This document shows, one piece after another, positions 39,429-52,486 of a stretch of DNA of 64,000 bases (positions are counted from its first letter, which is position 1; the number at the start of each line of letters is the position of its first letter). The position numbers and the translations under genes were made by a program. The notes beneath the pieces were generated by a model. That model did not search any database, was not told where the DNA came from, and saw nothing but the letters and a program-made list of their open reading frames with translations. The DNA is from Octopus bimaculoides (taxonomy: Eukaryota), in assembly GCF_001194135.2 (NCBI RefSeq), contig NC_068989.1:1191040-1255039 (forward strand), in the 5' to 3' direction.

Positions 39429-39532
39429 TAAAGGCAAATATGTATATATATATATTTTTGTATATAATGTACTGTTCCATGATGGTCAGATCAACAAAAA
39501 AGGTACTCCATCTAGTGTGAGATAAATATTTT

Positions 39533-39752
39533 TTAATAAACACAATATATGTTTTTATGTGCTAATATTAGTTTCATGTGCTGAGAGCATGCCAGACAGC
39601 ATAGCAGATAGTATGCACAATCATCAGACACTGCCATGTGCGCAATGTCTGATGATTGTGTTAGGACACCAGACATGTTAAAAAATACTGTCTGGCATGC
39701 TCTCAACACGAGACTAATAGTAGCACATAAAAATATATATCGTATTTATTAA
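39533..39752. mobile_element. Unclassified foldback/MITE-like palindrome, about 220 bp
   Basis: Nested inverted arms: 39583-39599 with 39688-39704 (17/17), 39616-39634 with 39642-39660 (18/19, 7-nt loop), plus looser outer AT-rich arms. Confidence 0.75.
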
Positions 39753-40677
39753 ATAATTATATATAATTGTGATAACAGTTTGACTCAGCTCCATATGGTT
39801 TAAAGTTTTGTGGGCCCATACTTTTGAATAATATATATAACCCCGACCAACTGTGTTGAGTGCCACATTCTTTCATTTGTCCAGTCATTTGTGTGTATGT
39901 GAGTGTGCGTGTTGTATTCAAATATGCACACACACACACACACACACACGGATATATAACTGTGAGCCAGATAGATTTAAAACGTCAATAAACTCTGACC
40001 TAAAATGAATGTGAAGTCTTACAGATATTATTCTCTTTTATATTAAACAGAAAAGACCTAATCAAACCATCTTTACTCATATCTCTGTCTTCTCTTTCTC
40101 TCTTTCTTTCTTTCTTTCTCTTGCTTTTACCAGAAACAGGTATGTACTCCTCTTTCGCTCTTACTCAAACTTGCACCTTTTTACATTTTTTTTTTTTTTA
40201 ATATATTCTTCCTTTTTTTTTCCCTGGGGTTTTCGGTCATTTATATCCCAATATTTATTTACCATTTTATCCCACCCCTACCTTATTCTGTTTTTGCTTG
40301 GTTGCTTCATCGAAATGGTTATTAGAGTGTTCACTTAGTAACAAATATCAAATGGAAGAAGCCTCCATTAATTTTCAGACTTTCATTGTAACCTGGTGCA
40401 GGTGAGAAAAATAGTGAAACAAAAGGATTCCCAGTGCAAAATTAGAGGTTAATTATCTTCTACCTTTCTATTTGTCCATATTTGTTATATGTTATTATTA
40501 TTATAAGAAGTTTGTTTCCCAACCACATGGTTCTGGGTTCAATCTCACCGTGTTGCATCTTGGGCAAGTTAGCTTCTACTATAGCCTTGGGCTGACCAAA
40601 GCTTTGTGGGTGGATTTGGTAGGTGGAAACTGCAACAAGCCCGTTGTATATGTATGTGTGTGTGGTTTTGTTACCTT

Positions 40678-41070
40678 GGACAGATTGTATGACATTTGTG
40701 TTAGAAGTGAAATGCTGCATGGTAATGGAATATGGGCATTGAATGGAGAGGACTTGAAGAGAGAGGAAAGCTAGTATGTTCCAATGTGAGTGTGAATGAA
40801 CAACATGGTGTAAATGTTCAAAGACTGGACAAAAGAGGAATCAGATGTGGTGTGCATGAAAGAAGACTGCACTGGGACAGATAGATGATGCATATGGATG
40901 CGGACGGCTGTATGAAGAAGTGCCAATCACTAAATGTGATTGGAGTTTGTGGAAAAGGGAGACCCAGGAAGATAAGGGCCAAAATGATTAAGGCTGGCCT
41001 CAGGATCCTGAACCTCATTGAGATGACGACGAAGGACTGAGATGCCTGATGCTATGTGGTTCTTCACAAG
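40678..41070 (+). mobile_element. RTE-clade LINE, decayed ORF2 C-terminus
   Basis: RLYDICVRSEMLHGNGIWAL...GIRCGVHERRLHW...GVCGKGRPRK...YVVLHKT with stops and frameshifts; typical RTE C-terminal motifs (MLHGSETW, RRLRW, GRGRPRK). Confidence 0.85.
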
Positions 41071-41294
41071 ACTTGCCCATTGCAGTGAAACTAATGCACT
41101 CTATGCATATGTGTGTGTGTATTATACCTGTATTGTATGTGCACAGGTGAGCATCTCTCCCAATCTCCTCCCTTATGTCGCTCTCCTTTTGCATCTCTCT
41201 CACCATAGCTCTCTCTTTCTCTCTCTCTCTCATTTTCTCTCTCTCTCTTTCTCTCTCTCTCTCTTTCTCTCTCTCTCTCATTTTCTCTCTCTCT

Positions 41295-41330
<36 letters not shown>

Positions 41331-43389
41331 TGTGAGTTGCCATTTTAGCTTCTCAAGAACCTGCTTTGCCTCCCCACCTCCTTCTCTCATACCTTAACCC
41401 TCATTCCTTGCATCAAGCTGTCTCCCCACCCCCCTCAGGTTCAGTAGCCTCGGGATATATATGGAGGACCCCACTAGTGCCTGTAATATGGAAAAAAACA
41501 CACCTAGTATATGCTATGAAGTGGTTGGTATTAAGATGGGCACCCAAACATAGAAGCCATGCCAAGGCAGGCATTAGAGCACCACGTCTTAGAATTCATT
41601 GGATCCTGTCTGTCTCACCCAATGATGATGATGATGGCTGTTGCGAGGGGGGATACATACTAAACCACTGATGCCAGGTTCATGTGATCATTATTTTCTA
41701 CAGCTTCTGGGTGATGTCTCCATAGTGATATGATACACACAAACCCACACACACACACAGATTATATCATTGTTAAACTGTAAGCTGTGCAAAAAGAAAA
41801 AAGAAAAAAAAAACTCCAAAAAAACCCCACATACTGCAATGATATGTAAATATTTTTCCAAAATTCTGCAATAAATGTTTACAAAAAACTTAATCCTTCC
41901 TCTCTGCTAACATGGTGAAATATCGTGCCATTTGTAAGGATGTATGTGTGGCACTTCTTCCTGAGGGCATTTTTGTGTTTTGAAATAATTAAAAACCTAA
42001 GAAAACATTCATTTAATAAGCTTCTGTCTGTGTTTCTACCATTCTTTCTTTCTTTTATTTTTTGTTGGTCAAATGGAATGTGAGAAACATGTCACCTGCT
42101 TTCTTTTCTTTGATTCTCTGCCCCCTTCCCCCTTGTCTTCCAGTTTTTCTTATCCTTTTATGATAAATAATGTCATCTTTGCTGAGAATTTTTAAACAGC
42201 TTTCTATAATCACAAAACACATGTTAGCATGGAGAATAATGTATGTAAAAGAACTATTAGTCACATGCATGTACACACGTGTGTATGTGTGTGTGTGTAT
42301 AGTATTCTTTAGTAAAAATAATGTTGACAGTGACTGAAGTTTTGACCTACTGACCCTTTATCAAGTAGTGGTACATTTGATTTCATCTTGACTTTGTATA
42401 ATCTGTTTAGTTTAAATTTTCAGGAGCAGGTGAAACTCTGTTGAATGATAATTTCATTGAAGTGCAGTTTCTGATGGAAAGATATTATGGAAGATTTTAA
42501 TTGATTAAATTTGGGGTTGTACTATTGTTCAGAATTCAGTTATGCATGTAGAAGTTGGTAATCAGGTGTGTTAGCTTCAGTTCTTTGGAGATGCTCTTGT
42601 AGAGGTTCACAAATGAGTGAGGGTAAGTGGAAAGGTTAATTGGTCAGTAGGTTTATTTACTTGTTTGTATTATTTAGGAAGTTTAATCTGTTTGTTTTGG
42701 GAAGGTAAAGACCATTGTTCAGATTTCAGTGAAGCATGCAAGACTCTGTGAATCGGTCAATTTGTTTGACTAAGACCCTTCGTGACAATGCTCCAGCATG
42801 GTCTTAGTCAAATGAATGAAACAAGGGAAAGAATAAAAGGATATACATACACACATTATACACATATATGTATATATCTTTTAATTGTTTCAGTCATTAG
42901 ACTGTGGCCATGCTGGAGCAGCGCTTTGAAGAATTTTAGTCAAACTTATCAACCTCAGTATTTTTATTATTTTATCATCTTTAAAGATGAGTTTGATACG
43001 AAAGAAAGTGATGATGTTATTTCAAAGAGATGTTAACTGCAGTGTGCGTTGAATAGTTTCTTGGAGGATAGCATTGGTGCTGGTGCCATTTAAAAAATAC
43101 CCAGTCCACCCTGTAAAGTGGTTGGTGTTAGGAAGGGCATCCAGCTGTAGAAACCATGCCAAAACAGACAATGGAGCTTGGTGTGGCCCCTGGCCTTGCC
43201 AACTCTTGTCAAGCTGTTCAACCCATGCCAGCATGGAAAACGGATGTTAAATGATGATGATGATGAAAGTGACCTAAACTTGTTTATACCCTCCTCTTCA
43301 GTCTTTCAGTTGGTCCCTAGTTGTTATGGAACCTATTTAAAAGAAATCCCTATTTCATGATACTCTAAAACTCTTGTAATTATTTCTAG

Positions 43390-43464
43390 GCTGGACACAA
43401 TCGGATCCGAGGAAATATGCTAAACACTCTTCTGGGTTACACAGTGCAAAGGTTGAAAGAAAAG
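43390..43464 (+). CDS. ZMYND11: ZMYND11 coding exon 3 (start of bromodomain)
   Basis: tatttctag|AGHNRIRGNMLNTLLGYTVQRLKEK|gtttgt aligns to human EMGTYLRFIVSRMKER; 75 nt, phase 0; too short for the ORF track. Confidence 0.85.
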
Positions 43465-43566
43465 GTTTGTTGCTACCCAATGGAACTTTTACAGCTTTCT
43501 CTTTTTCTCTTGTATGTCTCTGTTGTGTTTCTTTTTGTCCTTTCCTCCTCTCTTAACTTACATAAA

Positions 43567-43630
43567 CAGTAATCCCTCGACTATCATGGGTCTTACGTCC
43601 CAAAACCCACCACCATAGGCGAAAATTTCA
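43567..43630. mobile_element. Tigger/pogo-like terminal fragment
   Basis: CAGTAATCCCTCGACTATC...GGCGAAAAT resembles recalled pogo/Tigger TIRs; no partner end found. Confidence 0.45.
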
Positions 43631-43676
43631 TTACAACATTGTTTTAACAGCAGGGTTCAGTGTTTCCAGCCAGCTG

Positions 43677-43716
<40 letters not shown>

Positions 43717-44155
43717 GACTCTGTGCTTAATTGATGAGAAGGAGTTTATATGTATCGATACTGGGTTGATTAATCAACTGGATGACCAACCTGTTGAATT
43801 AATGTGTGAACTGGCTGAGTATCCAAACACATGTGTAACTTTCGCCTAATACCAAGAGAATTAGATGTATCCTTGATGTAATACCAAGTCGGATCCAACC
43901 TGCGACACAACTGACAGATCTGCTCGATTGTATTTCAATGTATTGTGTATTTGTGAGTCTGTGTAAAACTAGTTGTGGTGCGTTATTAGATGTGTCCCCC
44001 TAAAACTAAATCAGCAAAGTTTCACAGCTGTATTTTGATCAATTTGTATTTGAAATCCATAGAAAAGACTCTTTTTCGGTCAGCCTGAAATTTCCTTCTT
44101 CTTTTTTATTTTTTAATCTTTATTTCTAAATTTTCTTGTTTTGACCAAACTGTAG

Positions 44156-44336
44156 ACCCGGGAGTTGCACAGAATCGGACACAGGGACGAAGAGTTGAAC
44201 TTCAAACGATTTGTTTACAAACCAATGGATCTGAACACCATGGAGCAAATAGTACAGAGCCAGAAGTACCGTTGTGTGGAAGAGCTTGTTGCTGATGCCC
44301 ATAACATTGTGCATAATGTATATTTGGTATACGGAG
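44156..44336 (+). CDS. ZMYND11: ZMYND11 coding exon 4 (bromodomain)
   Basis: tgtag|TRELHRIGHRDEELNFKRFVYKPMDLNTMEQIVQSQKYRCVEELVADAHNIVHNVYLVYG+G|gtaagg; bromodomain PMDL...KY...ADA...HN motif; 181 nt. Confidence 0.94.
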
Positions 44337-45305
44337 GTAAGGCTTCAATTGCGGGGTGAGGACACAATTCCTTTGTCCTCTTTTATAACTACTTAACCCT
44401 TTAGGCAACCATACCCGGCCCAAATATTCTCCTTATTTTATGTTCAAACTGACAAGATCTGGCCTCTCCCACCTACCTGATAATGTCATTCTTATAGTAT
44501 ACAATTACATCATTGAAATCTCAAAGTTCTAAGATAATAAATGATTAATTGAAAACAATGTGAACAAGGAAGCATCACATTTGACCGAATAATCTGAATG
44601 CCAAAGGGTGAATACAAAATACTCGGGTTAGGGGTGAAGACATTTACTTTTCAATGGCATAGTCTCCCTCCCCACCAATCACCACTTTAGCAGTAACTAG
44701 ATTAAGCAGCAGACCATTAATTAAAATTAAATTAATGTCAAAATTAATGAATGTCTTAAAAAAATTAACAGTTTCTTTGTTCTCAAACCTTCACATGAAT
44801 GAAGTCTTTTAACTATTTTATATATTAATATAAATACACATCAAAATCAAATGGAAATTGTAGTTGTGATCCCCGTACCAGTGGCACATAAAAAGCACCA
44901 TCTGATTGTGGTCAATGCCAGCCCCCTCTGGCCTCTGTGCCGGTGGCACATAAAATAGCACCCACTACACTCTTGGAGTGGTTGGCATTAGGAAGGGCAT
45001 CCAGCTGTAGAAACATTGCCAGATCAGACTGGAGCCTGGTGCAGTCTCCTGGCTTCCCAGACCCCCAGTTGAACCGTCCAACCCATGCCAGCATGGAAAA
45101 TGGACGTTAAACGCTGATGATGATGATGATTGGTATATACTGGTGTCATAGTTTTTATGATATCTATTCCAATTAAATACAAATATTATTTGCTAAATAT
45201 ATTTATCATAACATGATTGATGTTAAATATTTCTTAGGCGTGTTTTTATGCATTTCTTTTGCTGTGTCACTATCTCGCTCAGCAGCTGTTGACTTTCTCT
45301 TTCAG

Positions 45306-45361
45306 AGGAGCATGGAATGACGGAATTAGCCCGGATCATGATACGTGATTGTAAATATGAT
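45306..45361 (+). CDS. ZMYND11: ZMYND11 coding exon 5 (end of bromodomain)
   Basis: ttcag|(E)EHGMTELARIMIRDCKYD|gtaagt aligns to human SEQADIARMLYKDTCHE; 56 nt restores phase 0. Confidence 0.9.
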
Positions 45362-46544
45362 GTAAGTTTTAATTCTTTGAATCATTATTATGCAAGCAAA
45401 CACATCTGGACACGTTAATCTCATGTCAAGCAGTTGTAGTAGTAGCAGTAGTAGTAGTTGTAATAGTAGTAGTAGCAGTTGCTATCTGTAATATTTTTCT
45501 GCATGTCACAACTGGTGAGTGTCACACTTTTAACTACAACAACAACAGAAACAGTCAAAACAGATTCTGGTAATCTAAGACATAATTGAAATTTTTAACA
45601 TATTAAAATAAAAATCTGTTATATGCAACAGAAGCAGTTTTAGATTAAAACAGTCATCTGTGTATCATAGCTAAAGCAGATACATCACAAAAAACTGCAA
45701 ATTAACTGCAGAATTTGTTAGGAGGAAAGCTGTTGGAGTGTTAACTGTAAACATGCCTAACTTATCAGACCAAACCAAAGACATGGTTAAAGTCTTGAAC
45801 ATAATGCAACAATTTTATGGGAATCTATAAATTTATGTCTCAGAACAGAAATAAGAACATTATCTCATTTGCCATGTTCCATGCTGGCATGGGTTGGATG
45901 GTTTGACAGGTTCCAATGTTTCCTTGGACTGCATTATGCTCCACTGGTTTCTCCTGGATGTTTTTTACATTGAAATTGCCATGCAATTCACAAGACTAAA
46001 AGCCCTGAAGAAGTGGGGTCGGCTTTATGCTAGGGGGATGAAAGCAGGTGGGGTGAGAGATGGGTGCCACCAATTCTAATGATCTCCTCTCCGTAGTTGT
46101 TAATGTTATGTTCATCTTTCTCACTCTATTGTAATTAGATGTTAGGGTTAAAGGATAAAGTTCCTTCATGAGTCACAAGGCTGGTTTCTCAGTTTCTGTG
46201 CCTCCACATACATTTTTAAAGCTTGGTACTTATTCTATCAGTCTCTTTTGCTAAACTGTTAAGTTACAGGGATGTAAACACACCAGCATTGGTTGTCAAG
46301 CGATGTTGGGGGGACAAACACACAGAGAAGTACACACACACACACGATAGGCTTCTTTCACTTTCCATCTATCAATTCCACTCACAAGGCTTTGGTTGGC
46401 CCAAAGTTATAGAAGAAGACACTTGCCCAAGGTGCTATGCAGTGGGACTGAACCCGGAACAATGTGGTTGGGAAACAAACTTCTTACCACACAGCCACAC
46501 CTGTGCCTATATTTATAGTTGTGTTATTAATTATACATAATAGG

Positions 46545-47005
46545 GACCCATCAAGCCGAGTGCACCTCTGCTGGTGGCACGTAAAGAACATCTTTTGTAT
46601 GTTGGGCCTCACAGAGGCAAAGTGGCTGAGTTCCTTTTGAGAGTTGGGCCTCACGGAGGCAATGGCCGAGAACTTTGGCATTATGTTGTGCTTGAGAAGA
46701 AGACCCATCAAGCTGAGCAAAATTGCAGTCGTGGCACATACTGGTGTCACACAAATTGGCACCTGTGTTGGTGGTACATAAACACACCCTGGTGTCATGC
46801 AAATGGCACCCGTGCTGGTGGCACGTAAAAGCACCCATTACACTCTGTTAAGTGGTTGGCATTAGGAAGGGCATCCAGCTGTAGAAGACCATGCCAAATC
46901 AGATTGGAGTCTGGTGCAGCCTTCCAGTGTGCCAGCCCAGTCAGACTGTCCAACATTGACAACGGATGTTAAATGATGATGATGATGGTGATGATGATGG
47001 TGATG
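46545..47005 (+). mobile_element. RTE LINE 3' end (ORF2 tail plus 3'UTR)
   Basis: LGLTEAM...LWHYVVLEKKTHQAE remnant followed by GTGCTGGTGGCACGTAAAAGCACC, ...GGAAGGGCATCCAGCTGTAG... and a (TGA)n tail. This copy links the abundant short (TGA)n-tailed repeat to the RTE ORF. Confidence 0.75.
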
Positions 47006-47211
47006 AATTTTGTTGAAATAGTTGTATTATTATAATTATTCAATGTATTGTATAATTACAGTTGTTTTATATTAATTGTCCAATGTGTTCTATAATTATA
47101 GCTGTTCTATAATTATGCAACATAATTGTATAGTTGTGTTATCATATTAATTATCCAATGTATTCTATAATTATTACAATGGTGTTGATTCCATTTTGGT
47201 TTGTCTTGCAG

Positions 47212-47289
47212 ATTGATGAGATTTGTCAGTGCTGGAATTGTTACTACATGTCAAACTCTAAACCTGCAAATTGGTTTTGTAAGCCATGT
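47212..47289 (+). CDS. ZMYND11: ZMYND11 coding exon 6 (bromo-PWWP zinc finger)
   Basis: ttgcag|IDEICQCWNCYYMSNSKPANWFCKPC|gtaagt vs human [26 protein letters not shown]; 78 nt. Confidence 0.95.
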
Positions 47290-47796
47290 GTAAGTATCTC
47301 AATTACAGTCTCATTGTTAATTTCCTCCCATTCCGGTTTTGTTTTTTTTTTCCACTGAAAAATTTGAACTTAATATTTTGTGTTTAGTACTAAACACTCT
47401 TCAGTTATAGTGTTTCCCACTACATCCATCCAAAAGTGAGCTCTGCCTCTCCTTTCTAAGAAAAGTTTGGTATTGCTGCCCCTCCTCTTTGAACCCCAAA
47501 AAAAGGTAGTTGATAATCCCTGGTGCTGGTGCTACATAAGAAGCACCCAGTCCTCACTCTGTAAAGTGGTTGGCATTAAGAAGGGGGTCTCCAGCCATAG
47601 AGACCATTCCAGTACAGAAGATTGGAGCCTGGTGTAGCTCTTCAGCTTGCCAGCTTCTTGTGAAACTGTCCAACCCATGCCAGCATGGAAAAACGGAAGT
47701 TAAATTATGATGATGATGATGATGATGATTGATCTTAACATTGATTGTTGTTATGTTTTCTAGAATTTTCCGAGTAACTTTTTCTTTTTTTTTCAG

Positions 47797-47918
47797 AAAC
47801 CACACCATGAACTTGTTTACGCAAAACTGAAAGGCTTTAGCTACTGGCCTGCCAAAGTCATTCGGGTAACGGAAGATAGTAAACATGATGTCCGCTTTTT
47901 TGGGGGCTACCATCAAAG
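47797..47918 (+). CDS. ZMYND11: ZMYND11 coding exon 7 (PWWP domain)
   Basis: tttcag|[40 protein letters not shown]+AG|gtaaga; canonical PWWP motif; 122 nt. Confidence 0.96.
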
Positions 47919-48225
47919 GTAAGAATATTATTGTTGTTTAGGGTTGGTCCTAATGAAGCGGTAAACTTATATCCAAAGATATTCTAGCCATGACCACCTC
48001 ATTTATTGTCCAACCTTATGATGGAAATATGATGTATATATATTTTAGAGTACATCATTAACTTGCATGTCCTTACTTTTGGAAGATGGTAGGGGGTGGT
48101 TGTTTACCATTTCTAGCAAATGGAGCAATTACACAGACCCTCCCCTTGTTGGTTTGAAAGCAAGATGTCTCTGTTATACTTGTTGGTTTATATTTATAAC
48201 CATTTTCCCTCTAAAAAAAATCATG

Positions 48226-48275
<50 letters not shown>

Positions 48276-48818
48276 ACATGTATATGTGTGTGTGTGTATG
48301 TATGTATATATATATGTATGTGTATGTATGTATATATATGTATATATATATATATATATGCGTGTGTGTATGTATTTATATATATGTGTATGTATGTGTA
48401 GGCTTTGGTCGGCCCGAGGCTATAGTAGAAGATACTTGCCCAAGATGCCACGCAGTGGGACTGAACCCAGAACCATGTGGTTGGTAAGCAAGTTACTCAG
48501 CACTCAGCCACTCCTGCGCCTATGTATATGTCAATTAGAGTAAAGTGTCAAACATCAGTTGGCAGGTAAAAACATTTGGTGAATCAGAAGACAACTGTTT
48601 CAGATCTTTGGGTCTCTTGTGGGCCTGAGTTGCACTTTTTATTCTGTGACTGACTCTCAGAGTTGTGGAACATTTGCTGGTCTAAACATGTGGAGAATTG
48701 CTAATGGTGTTAAACCGGAACTGTCCAAGAAATTCCATATAATCTGTGTATATATGAATGTGCATAGCTACAAAACTGTATTTCCATTTATTGACCTTTA
48801 GTCTAATTTTGCTTCTAG

Positions 48819-48892
48819 GGCTCTCATCCCTCAAGACTACATTAAACCCATTAGTGTGAATATTAAGACAGTGACATCCAAACGAACCCAAG
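48819..48892 (+). CDS. ZMYND11: ZMYND11 coding exon 8 (PWWP domain)
   Basis: gcttctag|(R)ALIPQDYIKPISVNIKTVTSKRTQ+G|gtaagt vs human [26 protein letters not shown]; 74 nt. Confidence 0.92.
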
Positions 48893-49020
48893 GTAAGTGT
48901 AGGAAAGTGGGAGAGAGAGAGAGAGAGAGAGGTGTGTGGAGTGATGGAATAATCCAGTTCCATCACTTACCTTCTTCTAATGAAAAACTTTGTGCATTTG
49001 TGGTTCCTTCTTAATTGCAG

Positions 49021-49277
49021 GGTTTATAAAAGCCTGCGAGGAGCTGAAGCTACATCGCCAGTTGTTAGAAGAACAAGTTGATGAAAGCAGCAACAATGGA
49101 GACAGTGAGATGGAAAACAATATGGAGGAAGATGATGAGGAAGAGGAGGATGAGGAGGAAGATGATGATGACGATGATGATGATGAAGATGAAGAAGCAG
49201 ACGATGACACCGAGACTCGTGAGGTCACTTCAACTAGTGTGGCTCCCCCGAAAAATACATCCAAGCTGAAAACAAAG
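49021..49277 (+). CDS. ZMYND11: ZMYND11 coding exon 9 (PWWP C-terminal helix and acidic tract)
   Basis: ttgcag|(G)FIKACEELKLHRQLLEE...D/E tract...KLKTK|gtaatg vs human GWKKACDELELHQRFL; 257 nt restores phase 0. Confidence 0.93.
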
Positions 49278-49365
49278 GTAATGTATATGAAAGTTTCCTG
49301 CATAATTGATCATTTTAATTTAATTAGGCATGCTAACGATTCTGCCAGCTTATATAATAATAATG

Positions 49366-49405
<40 letters not shown>

Positions 49406-50106
49406 TTAAGATTATGAACAGAATATTTTCACACTTACAACTGGAGATTGTAATAACTTCACTGTGTTCTTACAATCTCTGTCCCTCTACTAGTAAGTAC
49501 CTACTAAGTGTGAAACCGGTAAATATGTACCCGTGTATCAATACTTAATAAGTGTTTAATTATTTTGGCTCACAGCATTACAGGCTTTTCCCTTCATTAT
49601 TTTGCTTTTTCTTCATTTTATAGAAAGGCAATTTATCAAACGAAGCTATATCAATCCTATGTAAATGTTTTATTTCACAGGCATTTTGTTTTTTTGGTTG
49701 GGGTGGGGACAATCAGAACGGACCCTTATTTTGTATATCAATATCGTATTAACAACAAGGCATTTACCCGTTCCCTTTTCACCGTTCTGACATCCTTCTT
49801 CTCCAGTTCAATGACAGACAGTTTATTGTTTGCTTATTAATCTGACAGCTTCCAAATACAACACAATGAATCCATTAACCGAGGGGTCTGTGTCATGGCT
49901 GGACTACTGGCCGCGACAACAAGTATTCCTCTTAAAACTGTTGTTGAAAGAACTATCTTTGCAGTTTTTGTTCGGTAGCAAGTATATATACATACATATG
50001 TTTGTATGTATATGAATATATATACATGTCTAACCCATGCCAGCATGGAAGACATGTTAAATGATGATGATGATGGTGATCATTTGATAGTTTACTCTTT
50101 TTGCAG

Positions 50107-50229
50107 ATCCTGACACCAGAAAATGTGAATGTTGTCTCTTCAAGTGTAGATAAAATATCAACAAGCCCCGCACCACGTTCTTCAAAGGTTGCCTATAAGC
50201 ATACTGCTAGTCAAGCAACTCCATCCACG
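50107..50229 (+). CDS. ZMYND11: ZMYND11 coding exon 10 (Ser/Thr-rich linker)
   Basis: ttgcag|ILTPENVNVVSSSVDKISTSPAPRSSKVAYKHTASQATPST|gtgagt; strong splice sites, 123 nt in frame; homology to the human linker is weak. Confidence 0.8.
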
Positions 50230-51149
50230 GTGAGTATCAGTGTTTTCATTCATCAGCATCAGCATCATCATCACTGCTGCCATCATCACCATCAGCACCC
50301 TCCCCCTCATCATCATCATCACACCCACTTTCTATGCTGAGATGGGTTGGATGGCTAAACAGAAGCCAACAGAAATGGTGGCATGAAATGGTTGTTTACT
50401 AACAACTTCTAATTTCATTACTAACAGCAGCAGAATAATGCAGTAGATAGAAGAGTGATGGAGGGATTGAGTGGCAAGGAGATGAAGGGTGGGGATGCTT
50501 TATTTTTTTTCTCATTCATATATATATATATATCCCCAAACACCAGGTTTTTCACTTATGTATTATAAACAAGGAAAGAGTTGCTGCTGGCTAAATTGAT
50601 GGTTGCTGTCCCTTTCCGAGCTCTACATTATTTGGCTATCCTTTATCAGCCTTGTTTTCCAACTCATAAATAGGAACTATATAGAAGTTTAGTACTTTGC
50701 GGGCTTTTAATACTGAGTCAAATGTTAGCAGATGTACAATAGCCATGTTGCAAAGCTCGTAGTGACACAATTATCCCAATTATTATTATGTTTCCTTGAA
50801 TTAGATAAATATTAATTGGTTGATTAAATTGGCTGAGAACTAAGACAGATACTTTGTTATCTAAATTGGTTCTGTCTTCATATCTTACCATTCTACCAGG
50901 GTTGAGGTTATTTTGCATTTTATCAGTATTCATGCAGTGCCCTCTTTTTGAGCAGTAATTCTTCTCTAAATGAACAATGGATTCACTTTTTTTTTACAAA
51001 ATTCAGGCTCTTGCATTGTCAGAAGAAATTCACCATTATATGTTTTACCAGCCCACTTATCGGTAGCCTTCATTCATTGGACAATAAACTTTGCTTGCAA
51101 AGACCTGTTGAGGGAAGTGAAATCAAAATCACTGATGTAGCTGATGACA

Positions 51150-51619
51150 GTGCCGCCTGACTGGCACTTGTGCCAGTGGAACATTAAGAGCACCATCCGA
51201 GCGTGATTGTTGCAAGGGCTGCTGACTGATTCCCGTGCTGGTGGCATGTAAAAAGCACCATTCAAGCGTGATCATTGCCAGCGTCACCTTACTGGCACAT
51301 GAAAAACAACATTCGTGTGTGGTCGTTGCCAGTGCTGCTGGACTGACTCCTGTGCAAGTGACACGTAAAAATCACCTTTTGAGCATGGTCGTTGCCAGTT
51401 CTGCCTGACTGGCCCTCATGCCAGTGGCACATAAAAGCACCCATTACACTCTTGGAGTAGTTGGCATTAGGAAAGGGCATCCAGCTGTAGAAACTTTACC
51501 AGATCAGATTAGAGCCTGGTACAGCCTCCTGGCTTGCCACTCCTCAGTCAAACCATCCAACCCATGCCAGCATGGAAAGTGGACGTTAAACGACGACGAC
51601 AATGATGATGATGATGATG
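51150..51619 (+). mobile_element. RTE 3'UTR fragment with about 5 tandem units
   Basis: GTGCCAGTGG at 51170 and GTGCTGGTGG at 51235 etc.; terminal CCATGCCAGCATGG hairpin and (GAC/GAT)n tail. Confidence 0.8.
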
Positions 51620-52408
51620 TACTCCTTGACCATTTAGGAAGACACATTGGGTAATATACTCTTTACTACTCCTAAGCACAAGGCCTGAAATTTTTGGTGA
51701 GGGTGCCAGTGGATTAGATCGACCCCAGTATGCAACTGGTTCTTATTGACCCCGAAAGGATGAAAGGCAAAGTTGACCTCAGCAGAATTTGAACTCAGAA
51801 CGTGAAGACAGATAAAATACCACTAAGCGTTTCACCCAGTGTGCTAATGTTTCTGCCAGCTCACCGCTTTACATTGGGTAATATATATATGTACTATGTC
51901 TAGAAAAATAAGACATGATGGCCATGGCTGGAAGTCTCTTGATTATAAATCTACTGTTCAGGACTGACCTGGTGATTAAACATTAACATCAACACCAACT
52001 AATATAAAACTGATGTTTTTTTTTTTTTATGAATGAAGAGAGAGAAAGGGAGTGAAGCCAATGTGTTTGTGTAATGCCACACACACACACACACAGCCAC
52101 AGTCACAGCTTTTATCCTTTTATGGTTCATCTACCTTTAACCAGTTACTGTTACTAGAAATCTCAGAATTTTATTGCCAAATGTCAGATTACTTAAATCT
52201 CCCTGTCGGTTGCTATTATAAGATTGAAATTTCACACTTGAGATAAATAAATATAAATATGGGAGAAATCCTATATATTATAAAAGAGAAACGGACCTCT
52301 GTCTGTCTGTCACATTTATAAGAGGGAGGAAAAGAATGGGAGGAATCAAGATATATGTCACAACATTATTAGAAGAAGGGGAGAAGAAAAAGTTGCTGGA
52401 TGAGACAT

Positions 52409-52486
<78 letters not shown>

